A stretch of 64,000 nucleotides of DNA, taken from an uncultured Planctomycetaceae bacterium (GTDB lineage Bacteria > Planctomycetota > Planctomycetia > Planctomycetales > Planctomycetaceae). The stretch is from contig CAWFGE010000023.1 in assembly GCA_963815195.1 (NCBI GenBank), forward strand, positions 544,001-608,000, given 5' to 3'. Position numbers and translations under genes: made by a program. Under the pieces are notes generated by a model that saw nothing but the letters and a program-made list of their open reading frames with translations, was not told the origin of the DNA and did no database searches. Shown piece after piece: positions 21,601-32,707 of the stretch (its first letter is position 1; each line of letters starts with the position of its first letter).

Positions 21601-23706
21601 CTGGACGGCATCCACACCGAGCAGGGCATCACGTTCGACAATGACGTCACGATTGTCGGCTTGAACGTGACCGGCACCGAACTGCCCGGCGTCAAGCTGC
21701 CCGTCATCCAAGCCGCCCCGGCGCCGGGCCTGGCAACCGACCGTGTGTTTAACGTACCCCGGGGTGCGATCGCAGCCATCCAAAACGTCACGATCCGCTA
21801 TGGGAACAACTTCGGCGGCGGGATCTTGAACGATGGGGTCCTCAAGGTCACTAACAGCACGATTACCCAAAACTCGAGCAGCTTAAGCGCGGGCGGGATT
21901 TCTACCAACGACGACCTCACGCTTGTCGACAGCACCGTCTCTGGGAACGTCTCGATGTTCAGCGGAGGCGGCATCGGCTCGTTGGGAGGAACGATCCGAA
22001 TCAGGACCAGCACCATTTCCGGTAACACGACCCAAGCGTTCGGCGGCGGAGTTTCCCAGTTCGGCGGCGCATTGGAGATCACCGACAGCACAATCTCGGG
22101 CAACACGGCCGGGCTGGACGGCGGCGGTGTGTATATGGCCGGCGCGTTCGGCCTCAGTATTGTGAGCAGCACGATCACCGAAAACACCACGTTCGCGCAG
22201 GGGGGCGGCGTCTCAACCTTCGGAACGAATACCTACCTCGAGAGTACCATCGTCGCCGGAAACGCCGCCAACCACGGCGGGCAGATTTCGCCCAATGACA
22301 TATCCGGATTTGTCAACACCGCCAGATTTAACCTCATCGGCGACGCCGGGACATCCGGCGGAATTGTAAACGGCGCGGCAGGAAACATCGTCGGCAATAA
22401 TGGCCAAGGCACCATCGACATCCACCGAGTGCTCGATCCCGTGCTGCGCGACAACGGCGGCCCGACATTCACGCATGCCCTTTTCGCGCAGAGCCTGGCC
22501 CTCGATACCGGGACCAACCCGCTGAATCTCGCCACGGATCAGCGTGGCTCGCTGCGCTTCTCGGGAGCGGAGCCGGATATTGGAGCCTTTGAACTCGAAT
22601 TTCACCCCCGGCTGGTCGCGGGCGTCGGCTCCGGCGCGGTTGCGGAAGTCCGCGTGATCGATCCAGAGACCGGCGTGACCCTGGCGCTCTTCCCCTTTGT
22701 CAATCGTCCCGATCCCAAGGCTCCCGACTTTTTCCCCAATTACGTTCCGCTCGACGATCAGAACGAACCCATCCGCAAGCCGAATAACAGCTTCGTGGGT
22801 GGAGTGCGGGTGGCGCTGGCCGATGTCACCGGCGACGGCGTGGACGACATCATCACGGCAGCAGGCACCGGCGGCTCGCCGCGGATCCGGGTATTTGACG
22901 GCAACACCGGCTTTGCCGTGCAGGGCTCTTTGGGCGACTTCTACGCCTATAACCCGCTGTTTTATGGCGGCGTTTATGTGGCGGCGGGGTATCTCGATGA
23001 TGACGAATACGCCGACGTGATCGTCGGAGCCGGGGAGACCGGCGGGCCTCATGTGAGAGCCTACAGCGGGTTCGACGGCTCGATCCTGTTCGACTTCTTC
23101 GCCTATGATCCGAACTTCCGCGGCGGCGTGCGCGTGGCCTCGGGCGATGTCACCGGGGACGGCATCTCCGACATCATCACCGCGGCCGGTCCCGGCGGCG
23201 GGCCGCACGTCCGCGTGTTCGACGGCTCCGTGCCGATCATCAACCAGGTCGCCCACAACATCCAGAGCCCCTTAGGCAGTTTCTATGCCTACGATCCCAG
23301 TTACACCGGCGGGGTCTACGTCGGCGGCGTGACGACCGCGCCGGGTTCGTCGATCCCGCTGATCGTCACCGGTTCGGCTCTCAAAGTCGGCGGGGCGGAA
23401 GTCCGGCTGTTCAGCGCCCCGCCCCAACCGAAGGCCTCGTTCAATACCCCCATCTTCACGGAAGCCCGCGTCGCCTCGGCGGACTTCGACGGCGACGGGG
23501 TCAACGATTTCTTCCTGGCACCCGGCACAGTGGTTCCCGGGGAGATTCTCATCTACAGCGGCGATCCTGCCTTTAATCGCATCGATCCCCGGCTGCCGTT
23601 CGGCGGGCTGCTGTTCGACCTGTTCCCCTTTGGGACGGAATATTACGGAGGCCTCTACATCGCCGGCCCGACCGGCCGCCCGGTCCGCCCCCCCGTCCCA
23701 CTGTAG
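18652..23706 (+). CDS. Large Planctomycete exoprotein: LEPR-XLL-type N-terminus, three beta-helix (GGGI repeat)/choice-of-anchor Q-like modules, C-terminal FG-GAP repeats
   Basis: EVLEQRLLLS; three modules starting VVDDD...TIQ.AID and ending L.NNGG.T.TH.L..GSPA...DQRG...DIGA.E; DVTGDG..DIITAAG.GG.P.VRVFDG repeats. Confidence 0.88.
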   Translation: MSLRSSSLWPLRIWKNWSRTEGIFQKRQGLGQSRRFRSRGCRFGEAAEVLEQRLLLSTIVVDDDGGADQTTIQAAIDAATDGDRIQVTGGADCIQTEAGITVNKDVTIQGFGSGPQVIVQAAATPGGGVDRVFHIAFGTAAAIDSLTIQNGHSTEGGGILNEGDLTLTNSTVAQNLSDGDGGGISNFGSLNVNDSALLFNLASGDGGGISNSGFLNVNNTTVLFNLASGDGGAISNFGTLNFNFSTLNSNAASGDGGGISNSGGLSVFGSTLSNNSASGDGGGIADDGSNGSIAVVFASTLAFNVANGAGGGASSAGFLAVGNSTVSNNSAGLDGGGIDSFLGLLLVTSSTITGNTADSGASFSGFGGGISAFSFASEVDSSIVAGNFDGDGTPDDIFGTIDFGDFNLVGDANSSGGFTDGQGDPFDFNNNIVGNFGSGTIDITTVLDPVLSNNLGPTLTHNLVIGSPAIDAGSNTGGFSFDQRGPGFFREEPPGLPDIGAVEFIQFSVVDDDTNGDYLTIQDAIDAAIDGFVIFVTGGADRTQTEAGITVDKDVSIRGFAGVQTVVQAAATPGTATDRVFDVSPGVTAMFDSLVILNGHASIGGGIRNRGNLTVNNSVVTQNTADSAGGGVWSDGPLSLFGSIVAQNASGSEGGGVWNGGSLLVFNSGLSSNSAGADGGGLFDVNNATIFASTVDRNVAGGFGGGVSSASLVVADSTLSGNTSGSSGGGIDSPTGFFLVTNSTITGNTADSTGGGISIRGTHSESALLASTIVAGNFIASGNPSDIYGMVDLGIYNLIGDANSSGGLVDQFAPRTEDPSQMAAQITDEANQNTAADSTMFDPGQIFTKATINPGDRFDTNKLTGDPVRTMDPSHNVVGNSGTGTLDIHTVLDTNLQNNGGFTPTHALVPGSPALNAGLNPFFIPFDQRGNGFLREDVPGFADIGAVEGQDLFVDDDGFGSFLTIQAAIEVAHTGDFVIVTGGLDGIHTEQGITFDNDVTIVGLNVTGTELPGVKLPVIQAAPAPGLATDRVFNVPRGAIAAIQNVTIRYGNNFGGGILNDGVLKVTNSTITQNSSSLSAGGISTNDDLTLVDSTVSGNVSMFSGGGIGSLGGTIRIRTSTISGNTTQAFGGGVSQFGGALEITDSTISGNTAGLDGGGVYMAGAFGLSIVSSTITENTTFAQGGGVSTFGTNTYLESTIVAGNAANHGGQISPNDISGFVNTARFNLIGDAGTSGGIVNGAAGNIVGNNGQGTIDIHRVLDPVLRDNGGPTFTHALFAQSLALDTGTNPLNLATDQRGSLRFSGAEPDIGAFELEFHPRLVAGVGSGAVAEVRVIDPETGVTLALFPFVNRPDPKAPDFFPNYVPLDDQNEPIRKPNNSFVGGVRVALADVTGDGVDDIITAAGTGGSPRIRVFDGNTGFAVQGSLGDFYAYNPLFYGGVYVAAGYLDDDEYADVIVGAGETGGPHVRAYSGFDGSILFDFFAYDPNFRGGVRVASGDVTGDGISDIITAAGPGGGPHVRVFDGSVPIINQVAHNIQSPLGSFYAYDPSYTGGVYVGGVTTAPGSSIPLIVTGSALKVGGAEVRLFSAPPQPKASFNTPIFTEARVASADFDGDGVNDFFLAPGTVVPGEILIYSGDPAFNRIDPRLPFGGLLFDLFPFGTEYYGGLYIAGPTGRPVRPPVPL
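19117..19510 (+). repeat. Five-plus in-frame 75-bp (25-aa) tandem repeats encoding beta-helix coils
   Basis: GGC-GGC starts at 19117, 19192, 19267, 19342, 19417 and 19492; consensus GGGISN.G.L....S....N.ASGD. Confidence 0.8.
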
Positions 23707-23793
23707 GAGATTCTCGCGGATCGAGCGGTTGCGAAGAGGGTGGAATGATTTGGAGGAAGTTCGCTCATTCCGAAACGACGCCGACGCAGGCGG

Positions 23794-24943
23794 CTAGCGG
23801 GTCCAGTCCAGCCATTTTTCGAACAGCGATTTGACGAAGGGCGTCAAACGCGTGCGGTTGTATTGGTCGCCGATTTTGCGGATGGCCTCGGCCTCTGTGG
23901 GGTAGGGATGAATCGCCGCCGCGATTTTCTTAAGGCCCAATCCGTGCGTCATCGCCAGCGAAACTTCGCCGATCATGTCTCCCGCATTCGCCGCGACAAT
24001 CGTGGCTCCCAGGATTTTGTCCTTGCCTTTTTGGGTGTGGATGCGAACGAACCCTTCGGTCTCGCCCGCCAGAATCGCCCGGTCCACCTCGGCGAATTCC
24101 TGCGTATACGTGTCGATGGCAATGCCCTGCTTTTCTGCTTCCGTTTCCGTCAATCCGACATGCGCGAGTTCGGGCGAAGTGTAGGTGCACCAGGGGATGG
24201 TTAATGCACTGAGCTTCGACCGCCCGAAGAACAGAGCGTTCCCGATCACAATCCGGGCCATAAAGTCGGCGGCGTGCGTGAACTTGTATTGCGAGCAAAC
24301 ATCGCCCGCCGCGTAGATCCGGGGACTGCTGGTTTGCAGCCGGTCATTGACGTAGACGCCGATCTTGGCATCATACCGCACGCCCGCGGCATCGAGGCCC
24401 AGGTTCTCCACATTGGGAGCCCGGCCGACCGCCACCAAAAGTTGATCGACGAGTTCCTCATTCTGCGCCGTGCGAGTTCACCGAGAGCCGGATTTTGCCG
24501 GCTTCGGGGCGGAGCTTTAATTCCTTGCCGCAGCACAAGAGTTTGACGCCGTCTCGCTTCAGCGACGCCTCGATGATGTTCGCTCCGTCGCGATCCTCGC
24601 GGGGCAAGACGCCGCGCTCGGTTTTCACCAGAAACACTTCGCTGCCGAGGTTCGCAAAGGCCTGGGCCAACTCGCATCCGATGGGGCCGGCTCCGATGAT
24701 GCCCAACCGCGCGGGCAATTCCGTCAGCGAGAAAACTGTTTCGTTGGTGAGGTATTGCACTTGATCCAACCCGGGAATCGGCGGCGCGGACGCGCGGGCT
24801 CCCGTGGCGATCACGGCTTTTTTGAAGCGCAGCGTTTGCCCGCCGACTTGGATCGTTTCGGAACTAAGAAACTCCGCCTGGCCCAAAAACACATCCACGC
24901 CAAGCTTTTGAAACCTCGCGGCGGAATCGTTGGGGCTGAGCTC
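23794..24943 (-). CDS. Pyridine nucleotide-disulfide oxidoreductase (mercuric reductase/Lpd-like family), N-terminally truncated at the junction, frameshift ~24450
   Basis: IATGARA, IIGAGPIGCELAQ, VAVGRAPN, IYAAGDV..KFTHAA, IHPYPT; the N-terminal FAD-binding/CxxxxC part is missing. Confidence 0.85.
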
Positions 24944-25079
24944 CATCGCCTCAGCCCTTCCACGTCCCCCTTCCTCATCACACCGCACTGATCAGCGCGC
25001 ACACATCACCCGTGGATCAGCGCCTTTATTTGCTTCTGCGGTCACTGGCGAACGGGAGCAGGCACCCTCAGCCCGAGCC

Positions 25080-25172
25080 CGTAAGCAGCGCATCAGGTCG
25101 GCGGAACAGGCGGGAGATCTGGCGGAGGCGATGCGTTTGATGGAGACCCTCAGCCGGGACGGCGCCGTATAG
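25080..25172 (+). CDS. dnaG: Probable 3' end of DNA primase (fragment only)
   Basis: Helical tail [23 protein letters not shown] directly upstream of rpoD (conserved dnaG-rpoD order); rest of the gene absent. Confidence 0.5.
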   Translation, partial: RKQRIRSAEQAGDLAEAMRLMETLSRDGAV

Positions 25173-25191
25173 CCGGCGTCAGTTTCGACTA

Positions 25192-26924
<1,733 letters not shown>

Positions 26925-26928
<4 letters not shown>

Positions 26929-27527
26929 GTCCGATACAGCCGCTTCACCCTCTCCACCAGCGATTCTGGCACAAGGTGCGCCCATCCCCGCCCCAGTCGA
27001 ATGCTCTCGCGCACTTCGGTCGCGGAAATGTGATCGAAATTCTCTCCGACCGGCAGATGCCGAATCCGGTGACGCATGGCGGCGGGCGGCTCGTAAACGC
27101 CCTGGCGGCCGGCCACCAGGAGCCCGTATTCATCCAGTTGCCGTTCGAACGCGCCGGGCTCGCCGTAGTCCCAGTTGACGATACGCTCGGCGGCGTCCCG
27201 GCCGCACAGGAACCAGAGGCCAGTCTCTTGTCCGTACGCCTCACGGCACTCGCGAGCGATCTCGATGAACAGCCCTCCGTCCGTCACTGCCACCGAAAAG
27301 CGCGGCTCTTCCCGCGTTGCCGCCAGCAGCATTTCCAGGCGATCCTCGAGCGCCACTATCTCGTACTCCTTGTGGGGAAAGCGCCGGGGGAGCACGAACA
27401 CGACCTCGTCCACCAGTCGCAATGCGGCATTGGCCAAGCCCAGGTGGGCCCGCGTCGGCGGATGAAACGCGGCTGACAGAATCCCCAACTGGGGCGGGTT
27501 CCCAGCCGCGCGGCGGGAGAACTCCAT
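26925..27527 (-). CDS. nadD: Nicotinate-nucleotide adenylyltransferase-like (NadD/cytidylyltransferase family)
   Basis: [32 protein letters not shown]. Confidence 0.7.
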
Positions 27528-27589
27528 GCATCTATCGTAACGGCTGCCACCCCGCCACGGCCGCCCTGAGCTACATTAGAGGTACTGGC

Positions 27590-28342
27590 ATGTTTACCTG
27601 GATTTGTCCCCAATGCGGCAAGGAAGTGCCGCCCCATGAGAATGAGTGCCCTTACTGTCACGGCACCGGCGAAGTGGAAGAGCCGGTGGTCCCAACTCTG
27701 GCTCCGCCGCCGGTCTCCGCCCCATCCCCGCCCCCACCTCGGGAGCCAGCGGAGCCCGCTCCCCCGCCGCGGTACGCAGCCCCTGAGCCGACGCCCCCGC
27801 AGTCTCCGCCTGCCCCGGAGCAGCAGGCTTACTATGAGATCGGCGATCATCACCGGGGCATGCCCGGCTGGCTGGTGACGATATTGGTGGCCGCCGTGGT
27901 CACCGGCATCGGCGCGCTTCTCTATTTCTTTGTGTTGCCGTCGAAAGGGAACCGGGCCGCTACTCAGCAGGAATCCCCATTTGAAGCCGTGCCCGAGGGA
28001 GGCCAGCCGTCCGCGGTCGCGGCCCGGCTTTCCCGGCATATCGAAGTCACGGGTTTCCGGCTGACCGAGGATGCCGGCAGGCGCGCTCAGTGCCAGTTCC
28101 TCGTCGTAAATCACTCGGCCGCCGATATAGGGGATCTCGCCGGAAAGGTGCAACTTCGCACCACCGAGGCCGGACCGGACGAGGATCCAATCGCCGAATT
28201 CGAGTTCAAGACACCAAAATTGGGGCCGTACGAGTCTGTCGAATTCAAGACGGCCGTCGATACGAAACTACGCGCCTACGAATTGCCGGACTGGCAGTAC
28301 TTGAAGGCGACGGTGGAGATCACTTCGCCCCAGGAGCCGTGA
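27590..28342 (+). CDS. Hypothetical membrane protein: Zn ribbon, Pro-rich linker, TM helix, extracytoplasmic domain
   Basis: MFTWICPQCG...CPYC; WLVTILVAAVVTGIGALLYFFVL; GAGG RBS upstream. Confidence 0.75.
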   Translation: MFTWICPQCGKEVPPHENECPYCHGTGEVEEPVVPTLAPPPVSAPSPPPPREPAEPAPPPRYAAPEPTPPQSPPAPEQQAYYEIGDHHRGMPGWLVTILVAAVVTGIGALLYFFVLPSKGNRAATQQESPFEAVPEGGQPSAVAARLSRHIEVTGFRLTEDAGRRAQCQFLVVNHSAADIGDLAGKVQLRTTEAGPDEDPIAEFEFKTPKLGPYESVEFKTAVDTKLRAYELPDWQYLKATVEITSPQEP

Positions 28343-28424
28343 GAGTGCCCGATCGCTAAGGTGTCGGACGGTAATCGGAGCCTAGCCCGGCGCCGGCGCC
28401 CCGGCGCGTTGTCCTCAACACCGT

Positions 28425-30233
28425 CTACAACAACTCGTTCGCCAACCGGCGGAAGTTCGTTGGCGTAATCAACTGGACGCGTATTTCGAGCTGGGTAAAG
28501 CGGCGCAGGACTTCGTGAAGCTCCTCGGTCGGCAGGTCCGGGCTGGCCAGATGAAGACTGCCGGCCTCGATCTTCACTGGCAGGACGTTCCATTCTCTAA
28601 CGATGTGCGCGGGCAGACTGCGGGCGACCTGGCGGCGCACATCCCGGGGCTCGATCTTCCCCAGGGCGAGCCCAAGTTGCAGGCTGAGAGCTTCGTACAA
28701 TTCCTCCTCCGATAACATCCCAAGATGCACAAGGTGTTCGCCCAAGCGGATGCCCCGCGGCTTTGTTTTTTGCGCGTAGGCGAGGTCCGCCGGGTCCAGA
28801 TACGCCGAGCCGGTGAGGATCTCCTCGAGCGGACGCTTGTGGGGCAGCAGAGCTACCCGCGAAGGATACGCGTGTTCGGTCTTCACCCAGACCAGAGGCT
28901 TCCGGTACAGCCGCGCCGCCAGGAAGGCCTGGATCGCGCAGACAGTGGAGACGGAATTCAGGAGATTCCCGTATACGGTGCGCAGCGGCACTCCCAGGGC
29001 AAAGGGCACTCCGTAAATCCGGGCTACGAATGCCATGCGGGCGCTCATATGGATGAGCTGCAGCGCGAGGTTGGTGGCGAGCAATGGACCCAGATTCTGT
29101 TCGAGCAGTTTCCCGCCCAGCCCCCATGGAACGCCCAGCCACCGCGCCCCAAGCCAGGTTGCCAGACCGTACAGACAGATCAGATTGGCCAGCAGGCTTA
29201 CCGGATTGCCCGCGAGGCCCTTACGGTCCCGCCAGAGCCAGTAGGACTGTCTGAAGCCGCCGCTCCAACCGTGCCGCGCCCAACTCTGCAGCGCGATCCC
29301 GGTGACCCAGCGGGTCCGCTGATTCACCGCCCAGCGGAACGTGCGGGGAAAGTACTCCCGCGTGGCAATCGGCGCGCCGCTCTCGAACCGGATCGGCACG
29401 AAGATCTGGCGGCAACCCATCAGGTGCAGCCGGAGGCCGTTTTCATAGTCCTCGGTGAGACACGATGGCTCAAACACCCGGTTCGATTCGGACTCAGCCA
29501 ACAATTCGAGGGCGCGCCGCGTGTACCCGGTGCCGACGCCTGATGACGGCACGAACCCGCCGAGAGCCTGCCGGGCGACGAGATCCTTTGTGTGGCATTC
29601 GGCGAAATCGTCACAATAGAGACCATGCGCGAAGTCCAGCACCGGCGTCGTCAGCGGCAGGACCGGCGTCTGAATCATGTCGTAGTCCCCGGCGTAGTGG
29701 TTGATCCACCGCAATTCGTCGGAATGGATCAGATCTTCGGCGTCGTGAGTGAGAACCACATCGAAGCGGCAGTCGTTCTCCTCCTCAAACAGAAGCATCC
29801 GCTGGTAGATCCAATTCAGACAGTCGGCCTTTGACGTCGGGCCGTCGTGCGGGCAGAGGGAGAGATGAATGTTCGTGTGCCGGTGCTCGATCCCGCGGAC
29901 CGCGCCGATGGTGGGCTCGTCATTCGGATAGGCTCCGATGAAGATGTCGTAGCTCTGGTATCGGATCGCCGAGACGTTGTGTCCGATCATCTCGGCAATC
30001 ACGCCGGCCTCCTTCCAGCACGGGACGAAGATTGCGATTCGCCGGACGGCTTCCGGCGGCGGACCGAGTTCCTCGGCGGGCCCCGCGGAACGGGACCACC
30101 GGTGGAGAAACGCCAGCAGCACGACCAGGTCGTCCAGCCCGCTCAGCAGAATCCAAGCCGCCACGGGCAGCAGGCACACGGCGAGGGGGCCGTCCAGGAT
30201 TCCGGATATGCGGGCGAACGCTTCCTCCACCAA
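28425..30233 (-). CDS. nfrB: NfrB-family GT2 glycosyltransferase (phage N4 receptor glycan synthase homolog) with C-terminal MshEN domain
   Basis: VPCWKE, GAYPNDEPT, GPTSKADCLN, HDAED, LTEDY, QRTRW, WVKTEH; MshEN motif RLGEHLVHLGMLSEEELYEALSLQ. Confidence 0.88.
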   Translation of the reverse strand: MVEEAFARISGILDGPLAVCLLPVAAWILLSGLDDLVVLLAFLHRWSRSAGPAEELGPPPEAVRRIAIFVPCWKEAGVIAEMIGHNVSAIRYQSYDIFIGAYPNDEPTIGAVRGIEHRHTNIHLSLCPHDGPTSKADCLNWIYQRMLLFEEENDCRFDVVLTHDAEDLIHSDELRWINHYAGDYDMIQTPVLPLTTPVLDFAHGLYCDDFAECHTKDLVARQALGGFVPSSGVGTGYTRRALELLAESESNRVFEPSCLTEDYENGLRLHLMGCRQIFVPIRFESGAPIATREYFPRTFRWAVNQRTRWVTGIALQSWARHGWSGGFRQSYWLWRDRKGLAGNPVSLLANLICLYGLATWLGARWLGVPWGLGGKLLEQNLGPLLATNLALQLIHMSARMAFVARIYGVPFALGVPLRTVYGNLLNSVSTVCAIQAFLAARLYRKPLVWVKTEHAYPSRVALLPHKRPLEEILTGSAYLDPADLAYAQKTKPRGIRLGEHLVHLGMLSEEELYEALSLQLGLALGKIEPRDVRRQVARSLPAHIVREWNVLPVKIEAGSLHLASPDLPTEELHEVLRRFTQLEIRVQLITPTNFRRLANELL

Positions 30234-30379
30234 GTGATCTAGTGGCCGGAGGACGGCAATCGTCGCAGCGTATTTATGGGAAAATCGCGTCTATGAACCA
30301 GCCGACGCGGCGATGGGTTACCCCTGGCAGTCGCGCTCCGGACGATCCGGCCGCCGCGTTCGAGGACGATAACTTCTAG

Positions 30380-31825
30380 ATGTGGCGGCGCTCACTCATT
30401 TTCGCTTTTCTGGTGATCCTTCCCGCGGCGGCTTCCATGATCGTCGATCGCGCTCCCGCGGCGGCGTCCGTCGCGGAAATATTCATCGACGAGGCCGGGA
30501 TTCGAATCGAGTGGGATCGCTTGGAAGGCGCCGTCCTTCCCGAGCTGAGGATTCAGCCAGAACCGAAGCGCCGTCCCCGGACGGTTGTTATCGCTCCTCC
30601 CGAAGGCGCGCGGCCCGAGGAGTATGGCTTCGTCGTCTATCATCGCGGTTTGCCGGTGGCCGATCTCCACTACCTGGCGCGGCCTGAGATCCTGGATCTG
30701 AATTGGGAGGACCCCTGGCAATCGGCCTTCCGAAACCCCCGCTTGCGCCGGTTCTACGACTCAGCGATGGGCCTGTTTCTCTATGCCGAGCCATTCGAGG
30801 TGCGGCTCGAGATCGTGGGCCGTCCCTCGGACCTTGGGGTCCAATCGGCAGATGACCTTCGGCGGCAAGTGGCGCGCCGGCTCGATGGGGCGTTTTCTCT
30901 CACCATCGACGGCGAGATCGTCCGGCCCAAACTCGACCGGGTCCAGTTTCTCGAACGCCGGCTTCGGTCAAGTTCGGTCATCGAGCCGCCGGCCGCGGAG
31001 GAACTGCCATTCGCCACCGTCGGCGCGATCTACGTGGCCCTTCTAGACGCTCCACCGCGAACCGTGTCCGCCGCCTGGAACTCGTTCGATGACGATACGC
31101 CGGCCGTCGCGGGATCGGTGACCGATGAGATCGCGACCCGCCCGGCGATGTTGCGGCCCGGCAACGCGACGGTCTCCTGGGAGAACTTTGGACAACTCCG
31201 TATACCCTCGCTCTCGGCTGTCGCCGCGCCGCCGTCGATGTTGGAGCGACACTGGCCATTGGCGGGCACGATCGCCGGTGTCGCGCTGCTGGGGCTGCTC
31301 GTCTATCTTTGGTCACGCGCTCGCCGCGGGCTGTCCACGTCCCGAGCGGCTCTGCTGGCCGCCTTTTTATCCCTCGCTTTGGCTGTCGCCGCGATTTCCC
31401 GAAGCCGTGTGGACGCCGTTTCTCAAGAGCAAGCCCGGGAGATCGTCCGCGCCCTGCTATTCAACGTCTACCGGGCCTTCGATCGCCACCAGGAAGAGAT
31501 GATCTATGACACGCTCGCCCACAGCGTTTCGGGAGAGCTGTTGACTGAGGCCTACCTCGAAGCGCGCCGGTCGCTGGAGGTCGAAAGCCTCGGTGGCGCC
31601 CGCACCAGGGTGAAGCAGATCGGCATCGAACGGTCCGAGGCCGAGCCGCTCGAAGATCGTCCCGGCTTCCGCGCCCGGTGCGTCTGGGAGGTGCAAGGAT
31701 CTGTCGGCCACTGGGGACACACCCACGAACGCCGCAACCGTTACGAGGCCCGTCTGAAGGTCGAACCCATCGAGGGCATCTGGAAAATCACCGGCCTTGA
31801 GTTGCTGAACGACGAGCGCCTGTAG
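30380..31825 (+). CDS. Hypothetical exported/membrane protein
   Basis: 481-aa ORF with signal peptide, two TM segments and a conserved-looking C-terminus (NVYRAFD...IYD.LA.SV.G; W.V.GSVGHWGH.H.R.N). Confidence 0.75.
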   Translation: MWRRSLIFAFLVILPAAASMIVDRAPAAASVAEIFIDEAGIRIEWDRLEGAVLPELRIQPEPKRRPRTVVIAPPEGARPEEYGFVVYHRGLPVADLHYLARPEILDLNWEDPWQSAFRNPRLRRFYDSAMGLFLYAEPFEVRLEIVGRPSDLGVQSADDLRRQVARRLDGAFSLTIDGEIVRPKLDRVQFLERRLRSSSVIEPPAAEELPFATVGAIYVALLDAPPRTVSAAWNSFDDDTPAVAGSVTDEIATRPAMLRPGNATVSWENFGQLRIPSLSAVAAPPSMLERHWPLAGTIAGVALLGLLVYLWSRARRGLSTSRAALLAAFLSLALAVAAISRSRVDAVSQEQAREIVRALLFNVYRAFDRHQEEMIYDTLAHSVSGELLTEAYLEARRSLEVESLGGARTRVKQIGIERSEAEPLEDRPGFRARCVWEVQGSVGHWGHTHERRNRYEARLKVEPIEGIWKITGLELLNDERL

Positions 31826-31827
31826 CG

Positions 31828-32707
31828 TCAGTCCCGCGCTTCGAGCTTCTTGATCACACCGAGCACCACCCGGCCGGTGACCTCCAAACTATTCGGCGCT
31901 CAGCTTGTCCATCGTGTCTTCTTCCGTGTGCCAGTACTCATTGCCCTCGCCGTATTCAAAATCGATCAGGTCCACAGCCGTCACGCCGAGCCTGAGAAAG
32001 GGCGCATGGTCGTCTTCGATGGCCCCGGGCTCGTGGAGGAAGTGCTTTCCGTACCCCAACTCCTCGGCCGTCCGCACGACCAGACGGTAGAGGGAGCGCG
32101 TCGAGTAGTACTCCTCCAGGATCCCCAACTGCTTGTCGCCGATCATGTCGATGTTGATCAAGGCGATGACGCGCTCAAGCAATCCCTCGCCCGCCCATTT
32201 TCGTGCCAGATGACGGCTTCCGTAAACGCCGTCTTCACTCGTCCATTGCCCGAATGCCTCCTCGCCGTCAAACCAGACCAGGTATACGTCGTGCTTGCGT
32301 GCTTGTCCCGACAGCGTCGCGGCCAACTCCAGCAGCAGCCCGGTCGAGGAGCCGCCATCGTTGGCGCCCACGAAATGAATATTCGGCATCCACTTCGTGT
32401 CGTAGTGTCCGGAGACCACCACGGCGCGGTTCGAAGAACCGCCGAATCTGGCAATGATGTTGTTCATCGCGATGGGCCCGCGAGGTGTCTTCGCGGTGAA
32501 GCGGTCCTCGATGATCTCGCAGTCCAGTTGCTTGAGTTGCGACCGTATGTAGTCCTGCATTTGTGCATGCGCCTTCGATCCCGGCGGGCGAGGGCCAAAC
32601 TCCACCACTCTGCGGGTCTGCTCCAGCGCCGCGGTTCCGGAGAACTCCCCGGCCGGCAGCAGCACGCAGCCGACGAGGAGAATTAATATGGCTTTTGCGC
32701 GGTGCAT
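31828..32707 (-). CDS. M28 family peptidase (glutaminyl cyclase-like), 1-bp frameshift near 31890
   Basis: SGHYDTK, GANDGGSS, FDGEE, DMIGD, DDHAPF, WHT..D; signal peptide; shifted frame continues SLEVTGRVV...LEARD*. Confidence 0.9.

Noticed and set aside
23794..24943. Mercury-resistance merA
   Set aside because: No C-terminal Cys-Cys pair and no mer genes nearby; it is a generic flavoprotein disulfide reductase
24943..25080. Genomic-island boundary (att site)
   Set aside because: No integrase, tRNA or direct repeat; both flanking genes are broken, which is better explained as a chimera
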